The translations under genes and the position numbers were made by a program. A stretch of 64,000 nucleotides of DNA from an uncultured Candidatus Saccharibacteria bacterium (lineage in GTDB: Bacteria > Patescibacteriota > CPR2 > UBA1875 > CAIMLA01), in the NCBI GenBank assembly GCA_964594415.1, contig CAZQLQ010000001.1, positions 159,265-223,264 on the forward strand. Reading direction: 5' to 3'. Each line of letters opens with the position of its first letter. The stretch's first letter is position 1. Under the pieces are notes generated by a model that did not search any database, was not told where the DNA came from, and saw nothing but the letters and a program-made list of their open reading frames with translations. This document shows positions 1 to 19,703 of this stretch, piece after piece.

Positions 1-27
1 TTATTTAAAGAATGTATTTGGGGTTTT

Positions 28-708
28 ATGAAAGCAATTGAAGAAGTAAGTAAGAAACAATTAAAGAACGTACCAGACCTTGCACCTGGAGATACTGTCC
101 GTGTGCATACGAAGATTATTGAAGGCAGCAAGGAGAGGATTCAAATTTTTGAAGGCGTTGTAATCCGCGTGAAAAGCAGCGGCATAGGTGGAACATTTAC
201 GGTAAGAAAAATCTCTTATGGCATTGGTGTCGAAAGAACGTTTTTGCTACATTCTCCCAAGATCGCAAAAGTTGAGATTAAAAAGAGAGCAAAAGTAAGA
301 AGGGCTTTCCTGTCTTATTTACGAAATCTTTCCGGTAAAGCCACCAGATTAAAAGACAGACAGTTTGACTCGCTTGCTGTAAATATTAAAGAAGAGGAAT
401 TGAAGGAAGCAGATTTAGCGCCAGCCGATACTGACAATAACGGAGAAAGCACAGAGATTACCGAATTAAACGAAGAACAAGTATTTGATGTAAAGGAAAC
501 CGAAGTAAGTACAGAAGATCTAGCCGAAGCCGAGCTCAAAATAGACGAGAAGATCGAGAAGGACGAGTTAAACTCTGATGAAGATGAAAATTTAGCCGCA
601 AAGGAAGAAATCGAAGAAGGACTAAAAGAGTCTGAGGAAGATCTCGAAAGAGGTGCAGCCAATGAAGGCGGGCTTGCTGAAAAAAACGCTGAAGAACAAG
701 AAGCATAA
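28..708 (+). CDS. rplS: 50S ribosomal protein L19 with long acidic C-terminal extension
   Basis: [43 protein letters not shown] motifs; the last ~110 aa are Glu/Asp-rich. Confidence 0.97.
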   Translation: MKAIEEVSKKQLKNVPDLAPGDTVRVHTKIIEGSKERIQIFEGVVIRVKSSGIGGTFTVRKISYGIGVERTFLLHSPKIAKVEIKKRAKVRRAFLSYLRNLSGKATRLKDRQFDSLAVNIKEEELKEADLAPADTDNNGESTEITELNEEQVFDVKETEVSTEDLAEAELKIDEKIEKDELNSDEDENLAAKEEIEEGLKESEEDLERGAANEGGLAEKNAEEQEA

Positions 709-720
709 TATGATAGATAA

Positions 721-740
721 AAGAGCCCTAGGGCTCTTTT
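721..740. terminator. Intrinsic terminator-like hairpin after rplS
   Basis: aagagccc-ta-gggctctttt inverted repeat with T run. Confidence 0.7.
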
Positions 741-774
741 AAAATATATAAAAAGATAGTGCTATAATTGAATA

Positions 775-1392
775 ATGAAAATTATTCCTAATATGGATTG
801 TGAAAGAAAACTTTGGGCAGAAGGCTTTGAGTTTATTGGAGGAATTGATGAAGCTGGCAGGGGCTGTTGGGCGGGTCCTGTGGTTGCTGCTGTTGTTATT
901 TTGCCAAAAAATCATATTCAAATTGTAGGAGTAACCGATTCAAAATTAATCTCCGTAGATAAGCGTAGATCATTATACGAACAAATTACTAATTCTGTTC
1001 TTGATTTTGGTGTTGGTATAGTTAGCAATAGAGTAATTGATGAAATTGGAATTCTTGAGGCTACTAAATTAGCAGCAAAAGAAGCGGTCTTAATGGCGAA
1101 AAACAAACCGAAATATTTGTTAACAGATGCTTTGGATCTTAGGAAACATTTGGATATACCTCAAGAACGATTTGTCAAAGGTGATCAAAAAATTTATACA
1201 ATTTCTTGTGCTTCCATTATCGCAAAAGTTACTCGCGACAGTTTGATGTTAAATCTTTCCGGTGAGTACAAAAGATACCGGTTTGAATTGCATAAGGGGT
1301 ATGGGACGAAATTACATACTGAAATGCTAGAGCTTTATGGAGCTTCGGATATTCACCGTAAATCCTATAAACCAGTAAAGAGGTATCTATGA
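775..1392 (+). CDS. rnhB: Ribonuclease HII
   Basis: GIDEAGRGCWAGPV, DSK, KGD, ASIIAKVTRD, HKGYGT motifs; rplS-rnhB-yraN synteny. Confidence 0.97.
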   Translation: MKIIPNMDCERKLWAEGFEFIGGIDEAGRGCWAGPVVAAVVILPKNHIQIVGVTDSKLISVDKRRSLYEQITNSVLDFGVGIVSNRVIDEIGILEATKLAAKEAVLMAKNKPKYLLTDALDLRKHLDIPQERFVKGDQKIYTISCASIIAKVTRDSLMLNLSGEYKRYRFELHKGYGTKLHTEMLELYGASDIHRKSYKPVKRYL

Positions 1393-1745
1393 GTAGGGAG
1401 ATAGGGAAAATTGGCGAAGACCTGGCTTGTGAAATATTAACTGGAAGCGGATATAAGATTATCGAACGTAATTACTTCGCTAGATTTGGTGAGATAGATA
1501 TCATTGCGAAAGAAAATAACGATCTCGTTTTTATTGAAGTAAAGTATCGCAAAGATGAAGGCTTTGGTTCTGCTCTTGATGCGGTTACCAGGAAGAAACT
1601 AAAAAAAATTCACAAATCTGCACTAATTTACCTGAGCGAAAAAGGCCTAACGAATGTAGATTGGAGGGTTGATGTTATCGGGATAAGTCCAGACACAAAA
1701 AAATTTGAAATTCTAGAGAATGTTTATGTAGAGGGTATTTGTTAG
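1389..1745 (+). CDS. yraN: YraN/UPF0102 family putative endonuclease
   Basis: G..GE..A, RN, GEIDII, LVFIEVKYR, R.DV motifs; ATGA overlap with rnhB. Confidence 0.93.
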   Translation: MSREIGKIGEDLACEILTGSGYKIIERNYFARFGEIDIIAKENNDLVFIEVKYRKDEGFGSALDAVTRKKLKKIHKSALIYLSEKGLTNVDWRVDVIGISPDTKKFEILENVYVEGIC

Positions 1746-1789
1746 CTTGTTTATTGACCATAAAGGCTGATATTAATAAAATTTAAATT

Positions 1790-2278
1790 ATGGATATAAG
1801 GGAACTGGCTAAATATATTGAGTCTCAAAGGTATGAAGGCGTTTCTGACGAGGATATTCAGAATAATCTATTGGTAAATGGATTCAGTAGAAATGATATT
1901 CAGAATATTTTTAACCAACTCAAAAAAGGCAATCAACGGGTTGGCTTAGATATTCTAAGACCGACAAAGAAGTATTTCCTAAGAGGTGATTATAATTTCC
2001 AAGTCGTGGAAAATGGATTGTCAAAGAAAGACACTAATACTAAAAAATTATCTGGGCTAGTGCCGGGTTCTATTGGCATAGTCTGCATCTTTTTTTCGTT
2101 CATGAATTTTAATAATAGTGGCATGTTTATTCTTGCACTTGTTAGTTTGATTTGCGGCTTTTTGGCTTATCACTTAGGGGAGGAAACTCTGGGTAATATT
2201 ATTTTTGCCGCCTCTTTTTGTATTGCTCTTTCCGCACCTCTTATATGGTTCTTTGCTATGCTTCTGGGATTTGGTTAG
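1790..2278 (+). CDS. Hypothetical membrane protein (about 3 C-terminal TM helices)
   Basis: 162-aa ORF with hydrophobic C-terminal half. Confidence 0.7.
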   Translation: MDIRELAKYIESQRYEGVSDEDIQNNLLVNGFSRNDIQNIFNQLKKGNQRVGLDILRPTKKYFLRGDYNFQVVENGLSKKDTNTKKLSGLVPGSIGIVCIFFSFMNFNNSGMFILALVSLICGFLAYHLGEETLGNIIFAASFCIALSAPLIWFFAMLLGFG

Positions 2279-2471
2279 AATTGAAGTATTAATTATTAAA
2301 TTGCTCTATTGACGAAAAGAAAAAAATGTTATGCAGATGAGAGATGAACATTTTTACCAAGATGTTTAATGGCTTTGTTTTTTTCTTAGCAACAAAAAAT
2401 AATTTTTGTTAAAAAAATGTTGTTGTACTAGGCTTACTGTGCTATTATTTTTATTGAAAAGTGAGGGTAAA

Positions 2472-3128
2472 ATGAAAAACAACTTTAAGAAAGTGTTTAA
2501 TTTTTTATTAAGGCATAAAATTAGTACTCTCGGTGTGATTTTGACAATGCTTCTAGTAAGTGGTGGGCTGATTTATTATTCCGTATATAGAAAGAGCAGT
2601 GCTTGGGAAAAGGCAAGAAGCTATTATCAAGCCGCAGAGTATGTCAAGGCCGCAGAAGAGTTGAAAAAAGTTTCCTTCCCGTCAACCGTTGAAGAGCTAG
2701 AAATTTATTCGGAAACGATGTTTGCCGTAGGCAATTATGAAGTTGCTTCTAAAGGGTATGAAAAGATATATGAGATAAACAAAGATCCCAATGCGATGAA
2801 TATGATTGGGAACATTGCTAATCAGCAGAAAAATTACGAAAAAACAGTAGAATCTTATAAAAGCGTTATCGCAAATAACCCAAACTATATAAAGAGTTAT
2901 GTAAATTTGGCGACCGCATACCGTATAAAAGGGGATATTAATAATGCGATCAATACCACTAAAGAGGGTATTGTAAATAATCCGAGTAATGCTGAGCTGA
3001 GGGTTTTGTTGGTGTCTATTATGTCCTCAAATGAGGAGCTGAAAAAAACTAGTGATTTTAGAGAAGCTGTCGATAAACTGAAGGAGATTGATCCTAAAAA
3101 TCCGATTTTAACACAGATAGAGGGGTAG
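2472..3128 (+). CDS. Membrane-anchored TPR-repeat protein, first gene of the F1-like operon
   Basis: ATG at 2472 after GAGGG; N-terminal TM (TLGVILTMLLVSGGLIYY); TPR-like helices (..NPNYIKSYVNLATAY..G....A). Confidence 0.85.
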   Translation: MKNNFKKVFNFLLRHKISTLGVILTMLLVSGGLIYYSVYRKSSAWEKARSYYQAAEYVKAAEELKKVSFPSTVEELEIYSETMFAVGNYEVASKGYEKIYEINKDPNAMNMIGNIANQQKNYEKTVESYKSVIANNPNYIKSYVNLATAYRIKGDINNAINTTKEGIVNNPSNAELRVLLVSIMSSNEELKKTSDFREAVDKLKEIDPKNPILTQIEG

Positions 3129-10850
<7,722 letters not shown>

Positions 10851-10866
10851 GTATTCAAGGAGGGGA

Positions 10867-12432
10867 ATGTTTTTCCGAAGAAAGAAAAGCAAAAAACAAA
10901 AAATTGGTCTTGGCAAAATAGATGGTCTCTCGGTTGTAAAAAAAAATAAACATCGAGAAGGATTTAATGTTTACGAGATGGACCCCTTTATCGATTTGGA
11001 CCAAAAAAAGAGTTTTTTTTATAACTTTTTAGAATTTATTGGTGAAGACTTGCCAGGTTCGGTAATTAGATTCTTTAAAGAGCCGATATTTGATAAAAAA
11101 CATTTTTTTCCAGGCTCAAAAAGGAAAAAATTTAGTACTAATTTTCAGTTTTTATTAGCTGCCTTGCTGTTTTTTTTGGCCGCCTCTCTTTCTAACCTTA
11201 GCGTAAAGGCGTCTTTTGGCGAATACTCAAATCCGCCTGGAATTTTGAATGATCCAATAGCAACTGTTGATTCAGGAAAAGCAACAATAAGTTGGAAAAC
11301 TTCAAGAGAGTCAACAACTTATGTGTATTACGGGTTAAGTAGCGAGAATTTGAATCAAAGCAAAGAGTCTTCGGTGCTTACGAAGGATCATGAAGCGGTC
11401 ATTGACGGTCTTATGCCGGCAACTGTCTACTACTATAAAGTGCAGAGCTATGATATGAATCGCACTTACGACATCTCGGAATCTCTATCCGATTTCTTTA
11501 CCTTTAAAACCGATGATTCTTCTATTATTCATAATGTTACGACCGAAAATATTAGTTCCGATTCACTGTTTATTAATTGGGAAACGATTATTGAAACGAA
11601 TGCTGAAATTCAATATGGGGAAACAACAGATTATGGTTCAAGTCTTTTCATCAGCGAATATAAGGATAGTCACACACAAAAGATTACTGGGCTTAAATCC
11701 GGTGTTATTTATCACTTTAGGATTATCGCGTCTAATAGTAATTCGGAAAAATTTTTGAGCGCCGATTATGAATTTTACACGAAGGCTTTACCTATGATTC
11801 TAGATGTTAATATTGAGAGCAATAGAGATGACCCTTCCGACTCATTTTTAGTACGATGGAAGACTAACGTTCCAACGGACTCTTATGTGAGCTATGAGTT
11901 TGAAAATAGGGTAAAGGCTGAATTGGATGACGATCTGGCGGAGGAGCATTTAATTGAATTATATGATTTGCAAAGTAACGCAGAGTACGAAATTACTATT
12001 TCTGGGAAAGATCAGTTCGGGAATATCGCTACAAGTCAAATATATAGAAAGAAAACTGAAGTTAACGCTGAAGCGCCGAAAATTTCAGAGATATCAGTTC
12101 AGAATAACAGTTACGGAGTGGGCAAAGAGGCTGTCGCTCAAATATTGGTTACTTGGAAAACGGACAAGTTATCTACAAGTCAAGTGCAATATTCCAAGAT
12201 TATCTCAGAATCTTTTGATGATGAAGCTGGTAATAATAATGAATTTGCAAATACTCATTTGGTACTGATTTCAGATCTTCAATTATCACAGGTATATAAA
12301 ATAAGACTGCTTTCTAGAGACGAAAACGACAATATAACCTATAGCGAAGAGAGAATAGTTGTAACTGAGGATTATCAGCCTTCTCTATTAGAGGTGCTTG
12401 CATCAACTATTAATGGAATTCTTGGAGATTAA
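10867..12432 (+). CDS. Single-pass membrane protein with about 4 fibronectin type III-like domains
   Basis: TM FQFLLAALLFFLAASL; repeated I.W.T....S.V.YG...H...I.GL...T.Y.Y.V.S pattern. Confidence 0.85.
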   Translation: MFFRRKKSKKQKIGLGKIDGLSVVKKNKHREGFNVYEMDPFIDLDQKKSFFYNFLEFIGEDLPGSVIRFFKEPIFDKKHFFPGSKRKKFSTNFQFLLAALLFFLAASLSNLSVKASFGEYSNPPGILNDPIATVDSGKATISWKTSRESTTYVYYGLSSENLNQSKESSVLTKDHEAVIDGLMPATVYYYKVQSYDMNRTYDISESLSDFFTFKTDDSSIIHNVTTENISSDSLFINWETIIETNAEIQYGETTDYGSSLFISEYKDSHTQKITGLKSGVIYHFRIIASNSNSEKFLSADYEFYTKALPMILDVNIESNRDDPSDSFLVRWKTNVPTDSYVSYEFENRVKAELDDDLAEEHLIELYDLQSNAEYEITISGKDQFGNIATSQIYRKKTEVNAEAPKISEISVQNNSYGVGKEAVAQILVTWKTDKLSTSQVQYSKIISESFDDEAGNNNEFANTHLVLISDLQLSQVYKIRLLSRDENDNITYSEERIVVTEDYQPSLLEVLASTINGILGD

Positions 12433-12433
12433 T

Positions 12434-13306
12434 ATGGCAACGGTTAATTCATCGCCTAAAAAAGTAAAAGTTAGGATCGAAAAAAAGCTTGAGGAGGACA
12501 AGAATCTTCTTGGTGAGAATAAAAAGCATAATTCCCAGTCATTTAGTCTGGGGCATTTTACGGAAGCACCAATAATTGAAGCTGTTGGTTTGTCTAAGAT
12601 CTATAAAGTAGGTAAGCAATTGGTAAGCCCGGTTAAGGAAATGTCTTTGCAAATCGGATACGGTGATTTTGTTATTATTTTTGGTCCTTCAGGCGCTGGA
12701 AAGACAACATTAATAAATATTCTTCTTGGTCTGGAAAAACCAGATGTCGGAGAGGTGTATATAAAAGAAGAGTCTCTTTACGCTTATAACTCTGATGAGC
12801 GGGCAAGGATTAGATTAAAAAGATTTGGAGTCATAACCCAAACACCTTATTGGCTTGACTATCTCAGTATTCTTGAGAATGTTGCTTTACCGCTTCTTTT
12901 GGATGGAGTAAGTAGAAATATTGCAATAAAGAAAGCCAAGAAGCTGTTGCGCTCTGTAAAAATGACCAAGTATGCTAGGTTTAAACCGCATGAATTGTCT
13001 GGAGGACAGCAACAAAAAGCAGCAATAGCAAGGGCGATGGTTAATGATCCCTGGATAATTTTTGCCGATGAGCCAACCGTCAATCTAGATTCTGTATCCA
13101 TAAAAGAGGTTACAGATATTTTGCGTGATTTGAATAAGAAAAAGGGCATTACTGTCATTATGGTGACGCACAACCTGGAATTTTTGAAATATTCTAAAAA
13201 ATGGTTCTTGGTTAAGGAAGGCCGTTTATCTGAGGCAGAAGATATCAAGAATCCGTTCCACACAATCAAAGAAGTTATCGGTTATGTCAAGGAGGATATT
13301 GAATGA
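12434..13306 (+). CDS. ABC transporter ATP-binding protein (LolD/MacB type)
   Basis: Walker A GPSGAGKT, LSGGQQQ signature, IIFADEPT.NLD, VTH; ATG at 12434 after GGAG. Confidence 0.93.
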   Translation: MATVNSSPKKVKVRIEKKLEEDKNLLGENKKHNSQSFSLGHFTEAPIIEAVGLSKIYKVGKQLVSPVKEMSLQIGYGDFVIIFGPSGAGKTTLINILLGLEKPDVGEVYIKEESLYAYNSDERARIRLKRFGVITQTPYWLDYLSILENVALPLLLDGVSRNIAIKKAKKLLRSVKMTKYARFKPHELSGGQQQKAAIARAMVNDPWIIFADEPTVNLDSVSIKEVTDILRDLNKKKGITVIMVTHNLEFLKYSKKWFLVKEGRLSEAEDIKNPFHTIKEVIGYVKEDIE

Positions 13307-14502
13307 AGCCGTTTTATATCTTCAAATTAGCTTTAATAAGTATTTTTTCAAACAAGTTAAGGACTGCTTTAACTATTATAGGGATTGGCGCTTGTGTAGC
13401 AATAACGGTTTTTCTGATTGCTCTTAATGCTGGGCTTAAGAGCATAATTTCTTCAGAACTCAAAAGGCCAGAGTTTTCCAACCTTATAACGGCCAACCCG
13501 AGAGCAAGCGATATTGTCTTGAACGAAAGCGTTGTCTCGATGATTAAACTAATGAATAATGTTTCTAAAGTTGAATACATATCTAATCTATCGGGCACTA
13601 TAAACTATCATGGTAAAGATTTCCCAGTACCAATTTACGGGCTATCCGAAGGGTATTTTTCTGTAGTTCCGGTTACTTTTGTTGAAGGGAGGAGTTTCGA
13701 GTTTGATGGAAAGAAAAATCAGGTTATCTTGAATGAAAAAGCTATCGAATTGATGGGCATAGAAAAGGCAGATGAAAAAATTGGTACGAATATTAATCTC
13801 AGCATCTCTGTAACTGAAAATATCGCTCCCGAACAAGAAGAAGTTACAAAAGCTTATCCTGGAATAGAATACGAAATAGTTGGTATAATCAATAAGGGCG
13901 ATTTGCCATTAGTGTATGTTCCTTTAACAACTCTGTCTGAATTGGGAGTTAAAAACTATAACCAATTAAAGATTTTAGCTACTGAGTACGATAAAATATC
14001 TTTAACAGAAAAATCCATTGAACAGCTAGGTTTCAATGCTACTATTTCGAGGGATACCGTAGAGCAATTTAGTAAAATTTTTTCACTTTTTAATTTTATT
14101 TTAATAGTTTTTGTGGTATTGACGCTTTTAGTATCTGTTTTTGGGACAGTAAATACAATTAGCATATCGTTGGTAGAACAGACCAGGCAAATCGGGTTTT
14201 TGCGGTTGTTGGGTATTAGGGAAAAAGATGTGAGATTTTTATTTATTTTTGAAGCCATAGTTTTGATGTTTTTGGGTTCCGTGATTGGGATTTTGTTATC
14301 CTGGCTTCTAATTTTCTTGGGTAACAAGTGGATATCGATTATTGCAACTACGGCAAATTATTCTATTGGCAATATTTTAGAAATTTCTTATCTGGTTATA
14401 ATAGTAGTTTTGGTAGTATCATTAATAATAGGATGGCTAACGGGAATTAAACCGGCAAAAAGAGCTGTAAAAATTGATCCGTTGGCGGCGTTGAGGTTTT
14501 GA
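13303..14502 (+). CDS. ABC permease, MacB/FtsX/LolC-E family
   Basis: NKLRTALT.IGIG, large extracytoplasmic domain, E.T.QIG.LR.LG, F.FEA, PA.RA.KIDP..ALR. Confidence 0.93.
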   Translation: MKPFYIFKLALISIFSNKLRTALTIIGIGACVAITVFLIALNAGLKSIISSELKRPEFSNLITANPRASDIVLNESVVSMIKLMNNVSKVEYISNLSGTINYHGKDFPVPIYGLSEGYFSVVPVTFVEGRSFEFDGKKNQVILNEKAIELMGIEKADEKIGTNINLSISVTENIAPEQEEVTKAYPGIEYEIVGIINKGDLPLVYVPLTTLSELGVKNYNQLKILATEYDKISLTEKSIEQLGFNATISRDTVEQFSKIFSLFNFILIVFVVLTLLVSVFGTVNTISISLVEQTRQIGFLRLLGIREKDVRFLFIFEAIVLMFLGSVIGILLSWLLIFLGNKWISIIATTANYSIGNILEISYLVIIVVLVVSLIIGWLTGIKPAKRAVKIDPLAALRF

Positions 14503-15020
14503 TGGAAAAATATATATTATTTGTTTTGATATTTATAGGAATCATGTGGATTTTTCTATTTTTTATTATCATTTTTCTGCACAAGAATTTGAAGAAAATC
14601 TCAGAGTCGTTTGGTAAGATAGGCTATCTGGCGAGAGAAGATACTAAGAGGTATTTCAAGGAGTCATCCGAAAAAGCCACTGAAATATTTGCCAATGCGG
14701 CCGAAAAAAACAAGGAAGTTATTGGGCTGACAATGCAAAAGGTTTTAAATGATTCCACTGGGGTAGTAAAAGAGGTTATCTCGGGAGCTGAAAAGGAAGC
14801 TTCAAAGATAATAACCGAGGCAAGAAAAGAAGCCGCGAGTATTAAAAGAGAGGCCGAAGAAGAGTCTAGTAAATATTTTGACAAGATAATTAGTGATGCC
14901 GTACAGGCAGTAGATTGGTCGGTGGAACAATTTGTAAAAAACAATTATACGGTGAAGGAGCATGAAGATATTATAAGGAGGCTTATTTCGATATATGTCG
15001 ATGAACACAGAAAATCTTAA
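14502..15020 (+). CDS. atpF: F-ATPase subunit b-like protein
   Basis: N-terminal TM then charged coiled coil (AEKEASKIITEARKEA); position just before delta and alpha. Confidence 0.7.
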   Translation: MEKYILFVLIFIGIMWIFLFFIIIFLHKNLKKISESFGKIGYLAREDTKRYFKESSEKATEIFANAAEKNKEVIGLTMQKVLNDSTGVVKEVISGAEKEASKIITEARKEAASIKREAEEESSKYFDKIISDAVQAVDWSVEQFVKNNYTVKEHEDIIRRLISIYVDEHRKS

Positions 15021-15561
15021 TTTAATTTATAAATATTTGGAAGAAACGTGTTCTTTTTATCCGCGAAACAAGATAATAAAGGAACTCAATCTTGTTTGTG
15101 ATCGAATCAATTTCAGTAAGGATCTACAAGATTTGTTTCTTTCTTTGAAAAGAGATGATCCTAAGAGTGCGGAAACAGTGACAACCCTTTTTAAACAAGA
15201 AGTTTCTGAAGAAGTTTTTAGATTTTTAGATAAATTGGCAGACGAGGGTCTTCTCTGGACTTTAGTCGGCGAGGATGGGGTTAGCTTAATAAATTTTTCG
15301 CATAATAACTTGTATCAGTATGAAGAAGTCTATTTTATCTCTGCCGTAAAGATGTCAAATGCTATGCGAGATATGATTTCAAAGAATATAATTTCTGTCC
15401 GTACCGGTGAGATTGTGAGGGTGGTCTTTGACGAGAACCCCAACCTAATTTTTGGATTCATTATCCAGGAGAGTGATAGGCTTTTGGATTATTCATACAA
15501 AACTAATGTCATTTTTTATCTGAAAACCTATTTTAAAAATAAATTGAAAGAAATAAGATGA
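14995..15561 (+). CDS. atpH: F-ATPase delta-like subunit (divergent)
   Basis: C-terminal ISA..., ENPNLIFGFIIQESDRLLDYS resembles delta/OSCP 'D.SLIGG.II..GD..ID.S'; canonical position. Confidence 0.72.
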   Translation: MSMNTENLNLIYKYLEETCSFYPRNKIIKELNLVCDRINFSKDLQDLFLSLKRDDPKSAETVTTLFKQEVSEEVFRFLDKLADEGLLWTLVGEDGVSLINFSHNNLYQYEEVYFISAVKMSNAMRDMISKNIISVRTGEIVRVVFDENPNLIFGFIIQESDRLLDYSYKTNVIFYLKTYFKNKLKEIR

Positions 15562-17115
15562 GTGAGCCTATTACTGAATGTGGAGATTTATTGGACCAGA
15601 TTGGCCGTGTTGAATCGGTTATGAACGAAATTTGTATTGTTGAAGGGTTGAAATATGTTGCCCTAAATAATTTAGTTGAATTTTCTTCTGGCGAAAAAGG
15701 AATGGTACTTGGTTTTACGACAACTGAGGTTCAAGTAATAATTTTTGGGGATTACAGAAAAATAAAAAAAGGCGATCTTGTCAAAATTGTTGACGATTAT
15801 TTGTGTGTAGAAACAGGAGATGAATTACTCGGGAGGATAATTGATCCTTTGGGTAACCCCCTTGATGGGCGAGCTCGACCGGAATGCGAATCTTCTAGAT
15901 ACATTGATTCGCAGGCAAAAACAATTAGCGAAAGAAATACAATAACAAAACCGCTTTGTACAGGCTATCTCATCATTGATTCGCAAGTGCCAATAGGCCT
16001 TGGACAAAGAGAACTTTTTATTGGCGAAAAAAAGGTTCATAAAGCAGATGTCGGTATGGGAATTATTACTAACCAAGCTAGAATTAATTCTGATGTCATT
16101 TCTATTTATGTAACGATAGATGTTGAAAGTTCGACAGTGAAAAGAAAAATAGAGCAGCTTGAAGAGAGCGGTTCTCTTAAAAACAGCGTAATAATTATTG
16201 GGCGATCATCGGATCCGGCCTCAGTAAACTATATTGCACCAATGACCGCAGTAACTATTGCCGAATACTTCGCAAACAAGGGAAAGGACGTATTGGTAAT
16301 TTTTGACAACCTGACAAGTCACGCAAAAGTATATAGGCAGATCTCGCTACTTTTAAATAGAGCGCCAGGTAGAGAGGCTTATCCCGGTGATATCTTTTAT
16401 TTGCATGCAAGGCTTTTGGAGAGATGCGGAGCTTTTAGCGAGTCTGCCGGCGGAGGTTCCATAACGGCAATTCCAATTGTTGAGACGCAAGGCACAGAGG
16501 ATATCACTGATTATCTCTCGACAAACTTAATGTCGATTACTGACGGGCACGTTTTGTTTAGACTGAGTTTGTCCAACAAAGGAATTCAGCCAGCCGTAGA
16601 CAGCGGTTTTTCGGTATCAAGAATTGGCGGAAGGGCGCAGCATCCTATAATGAGAGAACTCTCAGATTTGCTGAAGAATATAATTATTAAATATCATGAA
16701 GTTGAAAAATATTTAATTTTTGATTCAGAGATGAAGAAAGAAACGCTCGAAACCATAGAGCTGGGCAAGAGAGCATACCAGTTTTTTTATCAAACTCCAA
16801 TTGAGCTTTTTTCTACCGCAGAAGAAATTATCTTACAGTATTTTATAATAGGAAATTATGTCTTAGAGTGGGAAGTCGAAAAGATATTATCGGTAAGGAA
16901 TCAATTAGTCGAGTTTATAAGAAAAACTGAAAACAAGAAATTCCTCGATGAAATATTGGTAAGAGAAAGCATCAAGGATGCTGAAGAATATCTTGAGATG
17001 ATTATTGGTGAATTTGTTGAATTGCCGACCACTATTCCTAAAATTAGAAGAAGGAAGCCATCAAAAGCTGAAAAAGAAACGGTGGTAGATATATTGAAAG
17101 ATAGAGAGGGTTCAG

Positions 17116-19585
<2,470 letters not shown>

Positions 19586-19596
19586 ATCGGTGGATA

Positions 19597-19625
19597 TTGA
19601 CAAAAAAGTCTTTTTGAAATATAAT
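19597..19625 (+). promoter_or_regulatory. Consensus sigma70 promoter for nusA
   Basis: TTGACA-17 nt-TATAAT. Confidence 0.85.
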
Positions 19626-19703
19626 TTTTTTACAGATGTCGCAGCGATGCGACTTTTTTGTTCAGAAAAGTGAATAACAACTAAATACAAGAAAGTAGGA
19701 AAA

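Noticed and set aside
1790-2278. Membrane protein upstream of the F1-like operon as the missing subunit a
   Set aside because: Too short, only about 3 TM, no RLxGN-type conserved Arg helix, and separated from the operon by ~190 nt
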